A stretch of DNA of 64,000 bases, taken from NCBI GenBank assembly GCA_013265495.1, contig MU058289.1:620001-684000 (forward strand). Reading direction: 5' to 3'. Below are positions 1-11,201 of the stretch, one piece after another. The position numbers and the translations under genes are program-made. The notes beneath the pieces are model-generated. The model was not told the DNA's origin, did no database searches, and saw only the letters and a program-made list of their open reading frames with translations. Within the stretch, counting starts at the first letter, position 1, and each line of letters starts with the position of its first letter. This DNA comes from Vicugna vicugna. Taxonomy: Eukaryota.

Positions 1-866
1 GCTACTTCCTGCTTGGGAGATGCTCTCATGTCCCCTTCCCGTCTCCTGTTGCCAGACAACTGCACTGTAGACAGACTCTCAGCCTCTGCGGAGACCATCC
101 AACGCATTTCCCAGCTCTGGCCTTCCTGCCTCACTGTTCTGGGCCCTGCACATCCTGCTGTCACCTTATGGGCTCTTTCCGTCCCCTCCCTCCCCGAGGC
201 AGAAAAAATCTCCAGGGGCCCGTGTGCATCTAGGAGCCAGGGAGGGAGGGGCTGCTGAAACCCTCCCCTCCCTGTGCCCAGCATCTCCCCTTGATATCTC
301 CCTGCCAGACTCCCTCCCTACCTGTGGACCCTCTGCTGCCCTGGCCCTGCTACCTGGCGGCAGAGTGCTAGGTGGCGGGAAACTGCATCTCCGTCCTCCC
401 CCTGGTTGGCCCTCCAACCCCTCTCCAGGATAAAGGCTCCTGTAAGATCCCTGTCCCCTCTCTAGGCCCAAAATTAAGTCCTAGTTCTTTTCTTTGCATG
501 CAGTATATTCAGCTGCCTGAGACTGGGGCAGAAGGGTGAGGCTGCGTAACAACCCTAAGGACAGTGCCTGGAACCCAAGGGCACATCCTTGTTTATTCCT
601 GGGCTATAGAGGTGGCAGGAGAGCCTCTCAGGCAGAGCAGACAAGGCTTCTCAGTTCCTGCAGAGGCCCCCGGCACCTCCACCTGGGAGGGCTGGCTCCC
701 TGTTCTTCCTGCATACAGGTACCACCTTGCTTAAGATAGTCCCCAGAAAATAGGTGACCCCAAAGCCAGAGTGGCCAACCTCCCTGTCATTCTCTACAGG
801 GTGTGAGGGCAGAGGGCTCGTGGCTATGTGCCCTGCATTCCCTCCCTCTCTCCTTCTCTCTTCCAG

Positions 867-890
867 AGCATCACCAACATCATTCCCTAA
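867..890 (+). CDS. SBSN: Suprabasin last coding exon (SITNIIP*)
   Basis: Polypyrimidine tract + TTCCAG acceptor (AG 865-866), then AGC ATC ACC AAC ATC ATT CCC TAA. Matches the recalled human SBSN C-terminus SVANIMP*; expected position upstream of DMKN on the same strand. Confidence 0.88.
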   Translation, partial: SITNIIP

Positions 891-1026
891 ACTGATGAAC
901 TGGCCATGTTGAACAGACTGACATTCCTGTTGTCACATCATCTGAAGTGACCTGAAGGAGCTGGGCGGGGTGGGGGGCGGGGAAAGATTTCTGGAGTCCC
1001 TGAACGGGGCTGTACTTAGATCTGTG

Positions 1027-1032
1027 AATAAA
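1027..1032 (+). terminator. SBSN: SBSN polyadenylation signal
   Basis: AATAAA about 137 nt after the TAA stop. Confidence 0.8.
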
Positions 1033-1389
1033 TATAACCCCCGGTACTCTCATCATGGTCCACGGTGCTTCCTAAGAAGGGGTTGGAGGAAGGCTTGTCT
1101 TTTCTTCTCTTGCTACTTTGCTGAAGGAGCTGTGGGTCGTGGGATCTGATGCACAGGATGGGTTGAACTGTAGATTTCAGGCTGATCAGATCTCCGAGGG
1201 CGGTTATGGGGACAAGCCATGCCTCATTAGTACGAAGTTCATGCTCGGCTTTGGGAGGGACATCTGTGCAGGGAAAGCTGCCCTAGCCAGTATGGGGGCC
1301 AAAGCATCAGAGAAGAGGGCAGGGACCCTGGTGAAGCCCACGGGGGTAGCATCCTCATCCAGGGGTGTGGCACCAAAGGAATAACAATA

Positions 1390-1580
1390 GTAGCTTGTGT
1401 GTATTGTGCAATTAAGGCGTGCGAGGCTCCCTGTGCTTTACATGCATGACATCACCGAATCCTCCCAACCATCCAGTTAGGTAAGAGGTCCTGCTATTGC
1501 CCCATTTTATAGAGAAGCACACGGAGGCTCATGCAAGTTAAGAAATGTGACCGAGATCACATGGTAAATGGAGGGAGAAA
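1390..1580 (-). mobile_element. MIR SINE fragment (approximate limits)
   Basis: Reverse MIR core: cccattttatagagaagcacacggaggctc...gttaagaaatgtgacc. Confidence 0.55.
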
Positions 1581-3669
1581 CAGCCCAGAGCTACCAAGGC
1601 TGTTCTGAAAACCCAGAAGTCTTTTCCTGCTTCATTTCAGTAGCGAGGGGAGTCAGTGAAGAAAGAGAGAGGAAAGAGGTACGTGCGCCCAGTTTTCTGA
1701 CCTATCGGCAGCTCAAAGCCCGGAAGAATGACAGCAGCTGCTTAGTAGGTTCCAGGTACCGTGTGAAGGCCTGTTCATTCTCTGTAAGCATTTAAGCCTC
1801 TCACAGCCCAAAAGCAGAAGTTCTCTTATGATCCCCATTGTATAGATGAGGAAACTAGGGCTCAGAGGAGCCAGGGCACTTGCCCGGGGTAACCCATGAG
1901 AAAGCAGCAGGCCTGTCTATTGCCAGAACCTGACCTTTCACAAGTTGCCTATGAAGTCTCCAGAGCACTTGCCAGGCACGGGCCTGAGTGCTGGGAGACC
2001 TCCATTCCAACAGGACCGGGTGCCTGCAGGCAGCACCCTTCCCTTCTTGGGGCCACACTTTCCTCCCGTGTAAAGGGGGCGGGTGTCTGCAGGAGAGGAC
2101 TACAAACATGGCTTCCAGCTCCCAAATTCCATCAATCGTGAGATCAGAAATAAGAGACAGTGTTCTTGCCCTTGGGGAATTTACAGGCTTCCTGGGGCGA
2201 CAGGGCATACAAACAGAATATGAAAACAACCACAAAGGAGCGTCAGTAAAGGACACACCAGGGAGGGGAGGGGCCTGATGCGCCCTGTAAAGGCGATGTT
2301 CTTGACACTTTGTATTCACTGCGTTTTGCCTTATTTGTAGAATACCACCATTTTAATCACCTATGTTCCTTCTCTCCTCCTGCAACATTTTATTGCAAAG
2401 ATGAAAGAATTTTCCAGTGACTACCTGCCTACCCACCACTTACATTCTACCACTAATATCTGACTCTGCTTGCTTTATCTCACAGCCACCCATCACCCAC
2501 CTAGCCATCTAGCCACGTGCCAATACATTTTCCATGCAATTCAAAGTAAATTGCAGCTGTTTGTTTCCTGTATTTCAATGAATGGAAGCATTCATGCGAA
2601 CCACACATGTACTGATAGTCTTCTCTGGGCATCATTTCACCTGGACTAGAGGAATCCCTTTTGAGAAGGGATTCATTCTTTCACAAAGTAAAAGCTTTCA
2701 TTGAGTTCATTTGTATGCCCATTTTCTTGCTGGGTTTGCTTGGCTGGGTTCTCAAAAGTTCCAGAGAGATATGGGACAATCTGTGTGAGCTGGGGGTCAA
2801 TCCTGGGAGGCTTCTGGAAAAGAAGAGCTTAGCCGGATCTGAAGGGTAAAACACAGGTGGCTCACTCCTGCCCTGAGGCCTGGGGTGCTGGTCCCTCTGC
2901 GGGAACATGCTCCCAGCCTCTCTTTCCCTTTCTGGTCTCACCCAACCTGCATGAAGGGCCACACTTGTTTCTCATAGCATGCATCCTGGTCTTTCCAGTG
3001 TTGTGACAAACCGTAATTATGTATTTACCGATTCCATTTCCATTTCTCCCTAGACTAAGAGGTTCTAGAGGAGGGGTTGAGGCTGGGCACAAAGTTTCTG
3101 GCAACTCGTAGAGCAGAGGCTACTGGCTTGAGCAGACTTGGGAAAGGCCTTGGGACAAGAGTGAGCAAGAACTAGGCACCTGAGACAGCCAGGCCGAGCC
3201 AGGCCAGGGAGCAGGAAAGAGAGGAGGCCAGTTCTAAGGATGCAGAGGGACAGGGAGATGGGTGGGACTCTCACAGCCATCTTTTACTGGGCGCGGACTC
3301 TGCTAAGCAGTTAGGTGAAGACGTGATTCATCCACCCTCCCAACCTCCCCTGACGCAGGCATCATGATTACCCCTCTTAGAGATGATGAAGCTGAGGTTC
3401 AGAGAAGGGAGAGAGTCGACGGAGGCCACCCAGCTAGCAGATAGTAAAGGCTGGCTCCTGGTCCGAGCGCTTCCCTGCTGGGGGTCTCTGCTTGAGAGGT
3501 GACATGCTCCCTGGGGACCCTAGGGAGGGTGAGGGGCTACTTCAACTAAGTCCTCTTGAAAAGTAAGTTTCTGCCTTTGCGCCTTTCACAAGGTGCCTGT
3601 GCAGCCGTGTCTGAGTCTCAAAATTAAACAAGTGTCAGGGAAGTATTCCAACAGTCTTACAAGAACACA

Positions 3670-3860
3670 TATTGATTGAGTGCTCCCAAGTGCCAGGCAC
3701 TGTTCTAAGCTCTTTGCACGTGTTACCTCATGCAATCCTCGTATTCACCCCTCTTACAAACAAGGAACCTGTTGCACAGATGTGTTAAGATGACGTGGTG
3801 GTGATCTTAAGTAACTGGTCGAGCCGGGATTTGAACTCCAGGTCAGTCTGAGGCTCCAGG
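3670..3860 (-). mobile_element. MIR SINE fragment (approximate limits)
   Basis: gtgccaggcactgttctaagctctttgcac...gggatttgaactccagg, typical reverse MIR. Confidence 0.6.
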
Positions 3861-3970
3861 TCAGGCCCTGCGAACACAGTGAGCCAGCAGATGTCAGCCT
3901 GAGGCCCAGGACTCCAGAGAAGGGAGCAAAGACATCACCCACACCCAAGATCTCATCTCCCCTCTATACT

Positions 3971-4538
3971 CTTTTTCTTTTGCCTTTTAGAAATTTTATT
4001 GTGGAAGTTGATATTTCATTTTATTATCAGGTTATAAAAATTGAAAAGTAAGGGGCTCCTGTAGTCCAATGGGAATTCAGTAATGACATTTTGTCATGTC
4101 AAACTATGAACATAAATTTGTACTGTACAGTCCTCGTACTATATACGGTACGCAATACATGTATTAAATACTTGTTAATAAAATCATCAGAATATTTAAA
4201 AAAAGAAAAGTAAGGGGCTCAAATAACAGTCTTGGTTTTAATATATCATGGGTTACCATACAACTGAAGGCCATTATCGCTCAACGCAACCATGGAACAC
4301 TACCTCTCTTTTATAGTGACATGAGCCTGAAAACCTAATTATTTTCCCCAACAAATTAGCAATTTAAAGTTCTTTGCCTTTCAAAAATGTCTCTGTACTG
4401 TGTAATATTGAGCAGATGACAATTATAGCTATCTTGGCCATTAGACATTAAAACTACATATTGTGTGCAGCATTCAAAATATGATCTGCTCTTTTTTTTT
4501 GGATTCCCTCACTTTATTTATTTATTTATTTTTACTTT
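3971..4538 (-). mobile_element. TSD-flanked retroposed RNA fragment (outer insertion), source unknown
   Basis: 13-bp direct repeat TCCCCTCTATACT at 3958-3970 and 4539-4551; decayed poly-T at the left end; TTTATT (minus-strand AATAAA) at 3995-4000; AT-rich island. Confidence 0.7.
4059..4204 (+). pseudogene. 5'-truncated retrocopy of an unidentified mRNA 3' end (inner insertion)
   Basis: Perfect 16-bp TSD GAAAAGTAAGGGGCTC at 4043-4058 and 4205-4220; AATAAA 4177-4182; A-tail 4198-4204. Confidence 0.8.
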
Positions 4539-4639
4539 TCCCCTCTATACTTGAGTCAACCTCCTTTCTCCCCCTGAAGTCTCCTACTTGGTCTCTGTAG
4601 TCCTCATACCATGTCCCCACCCTGGTCTGTTCCCCAGTT

Positions 4640-5185
4640 AACACCTGAGTCAGATCACAGCCTTCCTCAGCTCACTTCATTCAGGTTCTACTTCATTGAG
4701 AGTCAAAGTGCTCACAATGGTCCCCGAGGCCTCACAATCTGGCTTTGTTCCCTCTTTGACTTCAACTCCTCCCATCCCCCCTTGCTCCAGTCACAGTGTT
4801 TCTCAAATAGAGTAAGCAGCCCCCTGCCTCAGGGCCTTTGCACTGCTGTTCCCCCCTAGCTTGGAATACTCTATCTCCAGATAGCCTCGTGACTCACTCT
4901 CTTACTTTCTTTGGGTCTCAGTTCACATATCACATCTGAAAGAGCCCTTTCCTGACCATGCTGTTTCCCTCTGTCTTCTCTATATCCTCACCCCACTATA
5001 TGTTTCTCCCTTGACACATCAGCACCTGATCTGTTTACTGTCCAGCTTCCCCACAATGAAGGTGAGCTCCCTAGGGAGAGAGAGAGAGAGAGAGACTGAT
5101 AACCTTGTTCCTTGCTGTATGCCCAGTGCCTAGAACAGGCGTGGCACAGAGTGCTCACTCAGTAAACATTTACTGAATAAATGCA
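4640..5185 (+). mobile_element. L2 LINE 3' fragment (approximate limits)
   Basis: ...gtatgcccagtgcctagaacaggcgtggcacag...cagtaaacatttactgaataaatg, typical L2 3' end. Confidence 0.6.
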
Positions 5186-7320
5186 GTAGTGCATCAAAGG
5201 GAACAGCTGAAATCAGAGGGTCCTGGACATGACGTAGTCATGTCAGACTCATGGACCATTTTATAGACAAGAACAGAGGAGGCACGGTGATGTAGGAGAA
5301 AAAGCTGTCAGATTCTGCCAGCTCCATTTTGCCATGATCTTGTATATGATCTCGTGTGTGTGTAACAGCTCTAGGCCTCAGTTACCTCACCTGTAAAATG
5401 GGAATAACGTCTATATCTCGAGGTGATGGTGAAAATTAAACGAGATCATGCTTGTGAAAGCATCTGGTCTTCTGTTTCTGTTCACAACAGGTATGTAATT
5501 AACATGCCTTAAGGCTGATTTAAAGTGACCCCTCTGGTCCAGAGACGTCTGAGGGCAGTTTTTCCCAGGAGGTAGAACATAGAAGAATGTAGGTGGTTGT
5601 GAACATGGCTTTGAATAAGTCCGAATCACACTGCGAGGCACTTAACTCTTTTCTTAATTTTCCTAGACGCTTTCTGCATGGGTGGGGAGGGAGACAATTC
5701 CTGGGCTGGTGTGCCCTGAATACCTCTCTCCTACTGGCCAATCTCCCTTTTTAACAAAGAGGCACAGGGGCTACAGTCAGCTATGATGTGATTTTATTAT
5801 TTTCTTCTCACTTTGTTTTTCTGGTACTTTCCATTTACGGGCAAGTGAGCCTGACTTTCCACTTAGAATAGTGGTATAAAGTATTCTCTTAAAATACACT
5901 TAAGAAAGTCAGCTGGTTCAAAGACAACTGTTAGTGGCAGAGAAGCTCTCCACCCTCAAATGGTCCTGGAGCAAAACTAAACCAGTTCTGCCCAGAGAAG
6001 AATGAGGGCTTTGAAAAGCAAGGAAGGTCTGCGACGCTGAGATGACAGAAGATGCTGGGAGCCGGGCTCAGGGATGGGACAGGCTGAGCTTGGCTCTGCC
6101 TCGATCACACACGCACCGTGTCCTCTCTGAGCCCCACATTCTCTGTCTCCAAATGGGGTAATAATAAGACTGATTCTCCCAGGGCTGTCTGGGCCTTAAA
6201 ATACTTAGTCCAGCTCTGGGCACAGAGAAAGCTGTGGATAAACTGGAGCTCCAATGATTATTATTATTGCTGTTGCTGTTACCACCACAATTATTATCCT
6301 CATTAAAGAGTCATCAATGGAATAACAGGGAGGCAGGAAGGAGCCGTGGAGAACAGACAGGGATTGTGTTTACATCGTGAGAGGTGTTGGGTGTTACAAG
6401 TTGGGGTGTGGGTGTTGGGGTGGAGAGAGAGGCTGACCGAAAGACGTTAAGAAAAGCAGGTGGAAACCGGCCCCTCCTAGCCTGGTGATGAATCCCAGTG
6501 ATACAAGGCAGTGCCAAGTGGGAGGACCTGGGGTTCCTGGGAGCGGAGAAGCAGCCACGCTCACTGAGCAGTGATGAGACCTGGGGAGGATGCCCAAGAT
6601 CTGCATCCTGAGCTGGGCCCGGGGGAGGGGGCTGACGGGGGCTCCTGCCCCTCTGCTGACCCCTCCTCCCTTGGCCGTGCTGCCCTGTCCCTGCTGGGAG
6701 AGGCTGGGGGCGGGGTGGGTGAGCTGGTGTCGTCCCAGCCCTCGCAGGAGGCCATGAGCTCACACTTGTGTCCCCTCCAGGCCTGGTAAACAGGATGGGT
6801 TTACCGGGTCAGGTGCACCCTCCCTAGGTCTGTCCCTCCCACTCATTCCCTGGGGGTGGCTGGCCCGCCCATCTCTCCTGTTCCACACCCAGCTTTCTCA
6901 GCAAGAGCAGCCCCAGTGCTAACTGAAACGCCCTGATGACCACTCTCAGGGTCGTGGCCACTTCCTTCTCTGACGCCTGGGGTCCCCACCGCGGGGCCGT
7001 CTCCCAGCAACCAGGCTCTCTGCCGCTGGAGGGTGTGGGAGACTGTGAGGTGGTCAGTCACCTGAAGAGGGCAGCACTGGGGGCCAAGATGGGAGAGACA
7101 CAGGCTGCCTGAAACTGAGAGGGGAAGGCCATGAAGGGTCACCTGCCGCTCATTCAGGTGCCCCCGACCCAGGCTGGCTTACACCTGGGGTGGGTCCTGT
7201 TCCACTGGGCTCCCTACCCTTTCCCGCACCTCCTCACCCTCCGTGGGCTCCTGCTTGAGTCCTCTTTCTTAAGTCCTCTCCATCCACCTCTGGGAGACCC
7301 AACAGTCCATCTCCTCAGAT

Positions 7321-7560
7321 GCCCCCACCCCCACCCTGCGCCCCAAATTCCTGGGGTTGGGAAATCGGAAGACTTTTGTACCAGTCTCGACCCATTGCTC
7401 CCTCCCTCCCTGCTGCACGGGCTCCCTCTCTGTTTCAACACAGACTCTCAGACTCACAATTACAGCTCATTACGCTATCGGGTGGCTGGCCCTGAGTCAC
7501 GGAGGGGAGGGACTCTGGGCTGCTCAGCCCTGCCACCTTCTCCCAAGCTCCAGTATAAGG
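7321..7560 (+). promoter_or_regulatory. DMKN: DMKN beta/gamma promoter
   Basis: CACCC boxes about 7325-7336, AP-1 TGAGTCA 7493-7499, G-rich GGAGGGGAGGG 7501-7511, TATAA 7554-7558 about 200 nt before the ATG. Confidence 0.7.
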
Positions 7561-7757
7561 AGTAGCGGCAGGGAGAAGGACTCTGGGAAGGCGGGGGCAT
7601 CTGAGAAAGGAGAGAAGACTGCAGACCTAGAGTGAGGAGAACAAAAAGTCAGAAGGAAGGGGAAGACGGAGGAGGGCACGCAGACGCAGAGGAAAAGAAA
7701 GGGCAAACGAGTCAACCTGGGTGGGAAGAAGACACTTAGGAGAGGAGAGAGGCAGAG

Positions 7758-8147
7758 ATGAAGCTCCAGGGGTCCCTGGCCTGCCTCCTGCTGGCCCTGT
7801 GCCTGGGCAGTGGGGAGGCTGGCCCATTGGTGGACAGAGGGGAGAGTGAGGGAACAGATGCTGGGGAGATCGCTGGACACATGGTGGGAGAAGCCATTGG
7901 AGAGGGGCTGGGAGAAGCCGTTGGAGAGGGGCTGGGAGAAGCCTTTGGAGGCAAGTCGGGAGAAGCCAACAGCCACAGAATCTCTGAGGTCCCTGGCCAT
8001 GAGGCGGGAGGTGCTGCAGCCCAAGGCCTTGGGGAAGGAGCCCGGGCTCTTGGAGACACTGGCAAACAGGTAGAGGGTATCATTCAACATGGAGCAGATG
8101 CTGCCCACAGCTCCAGGCAGGGGATACCTGGCGGCAACAGTGCTTGG
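7758..8147 (+). CDS. DMKN: Dermokine beta/gamma exon 1 (signal peptide MKLQGSLACLLLALCLGSGEAG...NSAW, 130 codons)
   Basis: Recognisable dermokine N-terminus; donor GTGAGT at 8148, phase 0. Confidence 0.95.
7886..7967 (+). repeat. DMKN: 24-bp coding tandem repeat (GEAxGEGL), about 3.4 copies
   Basis: gggagaagcc(a/g/t)ttggag... units starting at 7886, 7910, 7934, 7958. Confidence 0.85.
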
Positions 8148-8427
8148 GTGAGTGGCTGGAAGCCAGGCCTGGAAAGGGAGGCAGTGGGCAGCAGGGTGGA
8201 GAATCTTGCAAAAAGGATGAAAGAGTGAATGGCTCGCTTATTGGTGGCTGTATGAGCCAGCCTCCTTCCATGTGGTCCTCCCTCCTCCACCACCCTGGGG
8301 TCTCTCTCTACCTGCCTCTCCCTCCATCCTGCTCTGGCTCCTCTCTGTCTTAGTTGCTTTGCCTGCTCTCCCCTGCCCTGGAGTCAGGTGGCCACACACA
8401 CTCAATGTAGCCATGTTGTTCCTGCAG

Positions 8428-8619
8428 GGAACCAACGGCCAGCCCCCAGCTGATGGCCATGGCATCTCTGGCTCTCAGGGCAATCCTGGAGGTCCAAGGA
8501 CTCCCTGGGACCAGGTATACGCTGGGGGCTCAGGTGGCGGCTTTGGAACCAACTCTCAAGGAGGCTCCTGGGGCCAAGGAGGCCATGGAGGGCCATTCAA
8601 CTTGGGGACCAACACTCAG
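8428..8619 (+). CDS. DMKN: Dermokine exon 2 (GTNGQPP...GTNTQ, 64 codons)
   Basis: CCTGCAG acceptor, CAG|GTAAAG donor, phase 0. Confidence 0.92.
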
Positions 8620-8732
8620 GTAAAGTAACTCCCCAGCCCTGATGCCTGCCACCTCCCTCCCTTTGAGCCCACTCTCTCAGTGCCTCCCTTGTGTCCCTCC
8701 CGATCCCATACTCAGTCTCACCCTCCCAACAG

Positions 8733-8792
8733 GGAGCTGTGGCCCAACCTGGTTATGGGTCAGTGAGAGGCAGCAACAACCCAAATACAGAG
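8733..8792 (+). CDS. DMKN: Dermokine exon 3 (GAVAQPGYGSVRGSNNPNTE)
   Basis: AACAG acceptor, GAG|GTAAGA donor; conserved GAVAQPGYGSVR. Confidence 0.93.
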
Positions 8793-9072
8793 GTAAGAGG
8801 AAGAGTCTGGAAAAGAAGGGGAATCTGGATGCGTGGGGTGGAGAGTGGGAGAGACCAAAGGGGAAGAAAAATGGAGGGGGGACGGTTGAGGGAAGAGGCA
8901 GATTGGTTGGGAGGAGAGGTGGGTGCGGGGAGGAGGCTCTGGAGAGTGAGCTGGGCCTTGAGGGAGAGACATGTTGGGAAAGAGAGCCAAGCCACAGGAG
9001 GCAGGAGAGCCTGGCCCATGGGGACGGCTTCCACGGGAGTCTGGAAACTCACTGGTCCCCTTCTGTCCACAG

Positions 9073-9123
9073 TGCACCAACCCCCCGCCATCTGGCTTGG
9101 GTGGAAGCTCCAGCCACTCTGGG
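9073..9123 (+). CDS. DMKN: Dermokine exon 4 (CTNPPPSGLGGSSSHSG)
   Basis: CCACAG acceptor, GGG|GTAAGA donor. Confidence 0.92.
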
Positions 9124-9287
9124 GTAAGAGGACAGGGCGAGCAGGGCATTTTGCACAGGGAGAAAACAGAGATGCTGCCCCCTCAGCCGGGGAAGACGCA
9201 TTCCTGAGCAGGAGAGGAGGGGAGGGAGGAAGGCAGTCTTGGTGTTCTCATCTTTAGACCTTGCTCTGTTCACTTCCTGCCCCTCAG

Positions 9288-9779
9288 GGAAGCAGCGGCA
9301 GTGGCAGTGGTGGCAGCAGTGGCAGCGGCAGTGGTGGCAGCAGTGGCAGCGGCGGCAGTGGCAGCACTGGCAGTGGCGGCAGCAGCAGCGGCAGTGGCGG
9401 TGGTGGCAGCAGTGGCCATGGTGGCAGCAGTAGCCATGGTGGCAGCAGTGGCCATGGTGGCAGCAGTAGCCATGGTGGCAGCAGTGGCAGCGGTGGCAGC
9501 AGTGGCAGCGGCGGCAGTGGCAGCAATGGCAGTGGCGGCGGCAGCAGCGGCAGTGGCGGTGGTGGCAGCAGTGGCCATGGTGGCAGCAGTAGCCATGGTG
9601 GCAGCAGTGGCAGCGGTGGCAGCAGTGGCAGCAGCGGCAGCGGCAGCAACGGCAGTGGAGGCGGCAGCAGCGGCAGTGGCGGTGGTAGCAGCAGTGGCCA
9701 TGGTGGCAGCAGTGGCAGTGGCGGCAGTGGCAGTGGCAGCACTGGCAGTGGCGGCAGCAGCAGTTCTGGACCCAGCTGG
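9288..9779 (+). CDS. DMKN: Dermokine exon 5, Gly/Ser(His) low-complexity domain, 164 codons
   Basis: CCCTCAG acceptor, TGG|GTAAGT donor; open frame built of GGC/AGC/AGT/GGT codons. Confidence 0.92.
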
Positions 9780-10927
9780 GTAAGTTCTGCTTCTGACTGA
9801 AGGCAGAGACAGGACGGAGGCCCCTGGTGGTCCCTGCTGAGGACATCCCCTCCAAGGCCTCCCTGAACGCTGCCAGCCCCAGGGTAGGTGACGTCACTGT
9901 AGTTGTCACCCCGGGGCTCCCCAGCTTCTGGTCCCCACCTTCCCAGCCCCACTGAGCAGTGTTGCTTATGCACACACTCAGATTCTCCGGAAGATGTGCC
10001 CTGCCTACCGCATTCACTCTGTCCCCTCATCTTCCACTCGGCGATGGCGGGGATGCTCTGTCCCCTGTCCAGGCTCTGCTCCTGCAGGCGTGTCCACTGG
10101 GCAAATCTGACTAGAGCTTGTTGGTGGATGGAAGCCCCGTGACACAACCCCTGTCTGGGATGCGCCCAGGAGAACGAGGGCAGGACCGCACGTGGAGATT
10201 TAGGGACATTGTGAGCTGCGGGGTAGATGACACTAATAAATACAGTCACAGGAGGCCCCTACGCGAGGGGTGAGAGGACCAGGAGGCGACCACGACCTGG
10301 CAGCCGGATTAGGGTGGCACTCCCATCAGAGCACAGCTGGGTCCCTTGGGGGTCTGGGGAAGGTCTCAGGCAAGAGGAGGGAAGTAACTAGAACCAGCCA
10401 GCTGACGTGAGCTGCTTTAATTTACTGTTCCCTGGACCGCCCCACCCGACTCTGTCTAGGACCAACCCTTGGAAAACTCTAGGAATTTTGATCAAGGGGT
10501 CTACACGGGCTCCCAGGTAGGACTCCCCAGGGGTCTCTTCCCTTTTCTGGGTCCCAGGAGAGGAAGAAGGGGAGGCGAGGCAGGAGGAGGGCAGAACGAA
10601 CTCCCCGCTGCCAAGGTCACAGCTCTTATGAAGTTGGGCTCCGGGGCCTTTCCTGCCCCTGGCGTGAGGTGGGGCTGGAGGGCAACAGCTCAGAATCCCC
10701 AAATTATCCCACATTTCCAAATGCACTTGGCCACACCTGGCCTCCTCTGTGCTCCAAATAACTTCCCCCAGTGATTGACTGGATAAAGCTGGGAAGGCAT
10801 GGAGGCTGAGGAGAGGGGGTTAAAATATCATAATCCCAATTATGGGATTAATCCCTGTTATGGGAACTATATGGGCCCCGCCCAGGTCCTCTGAAGACCC
10901 CATACAGACTCTTGCCTCCCCTCCTAG

Positions 10928-10984
10928 GGATACGGCAGCAGCTCAGGTAGCAGTGGTGGAAGTGGTGGCGGAAACAAACCCGAG
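10928..10984 (+). CDS. DMKN: Dermokine exon 6 (GYGSSSGSSGGSGGGNKPE)
   Basis: CTCCTAG acceptor, GAG|GTGAGT donor. Confidence 0.88.
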
Positions 10985-11201
10985 GTGAGTGTCTGGCGAG
11001 CGTGCGCCTGCGCAGATCTCCCCCTACCTGTGGGAAGGGGAAGAGGCGGTGAGTGATGGGGGCGCCGAGGGGAGAGGACAGCTGGGCTGGGGTGGGGATG
11101 CGGGACCTGGGCCGGCCTCAGGGTTAAGATGCTGCAGTCTGGGGTCTGGACTTGGTGCCTGGGTAGGGACTGAGAGCGTCCCCTCTTTCTCCCTCCCACA
11201 G

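Noticed and set aside
6785..6805. Inverted repeat GGTAAAC-N7-GTTTACC (paired FOX-like sites)
   Set aside because: A 7-bp arm is expected by chance in 64 kb; no other support
9288..9779. Regular short repeats as a CRISPR-like array
   Set aside because: No unique spacers, eukaryotic context, in-frame coding repeat
9270..9783. Poly-Ala/Val and Ala/Thr ORFs resembling antifreeze proteins
   Set aside because: Alternative frames of the same coding repeat; splice phase fixes the Gly/Ser frame
9049..10249. Long antisense ORFs (322-aa Cys/His-rich; 321-aa Pro/Leu-rich) resembling metallothionein or keratin-associated proteins
   Set aside because: They are the reverse frames of the GGC/AGC repeat in DMKN exon 5, which lacks stops in most frames; no independent promoter or splice support
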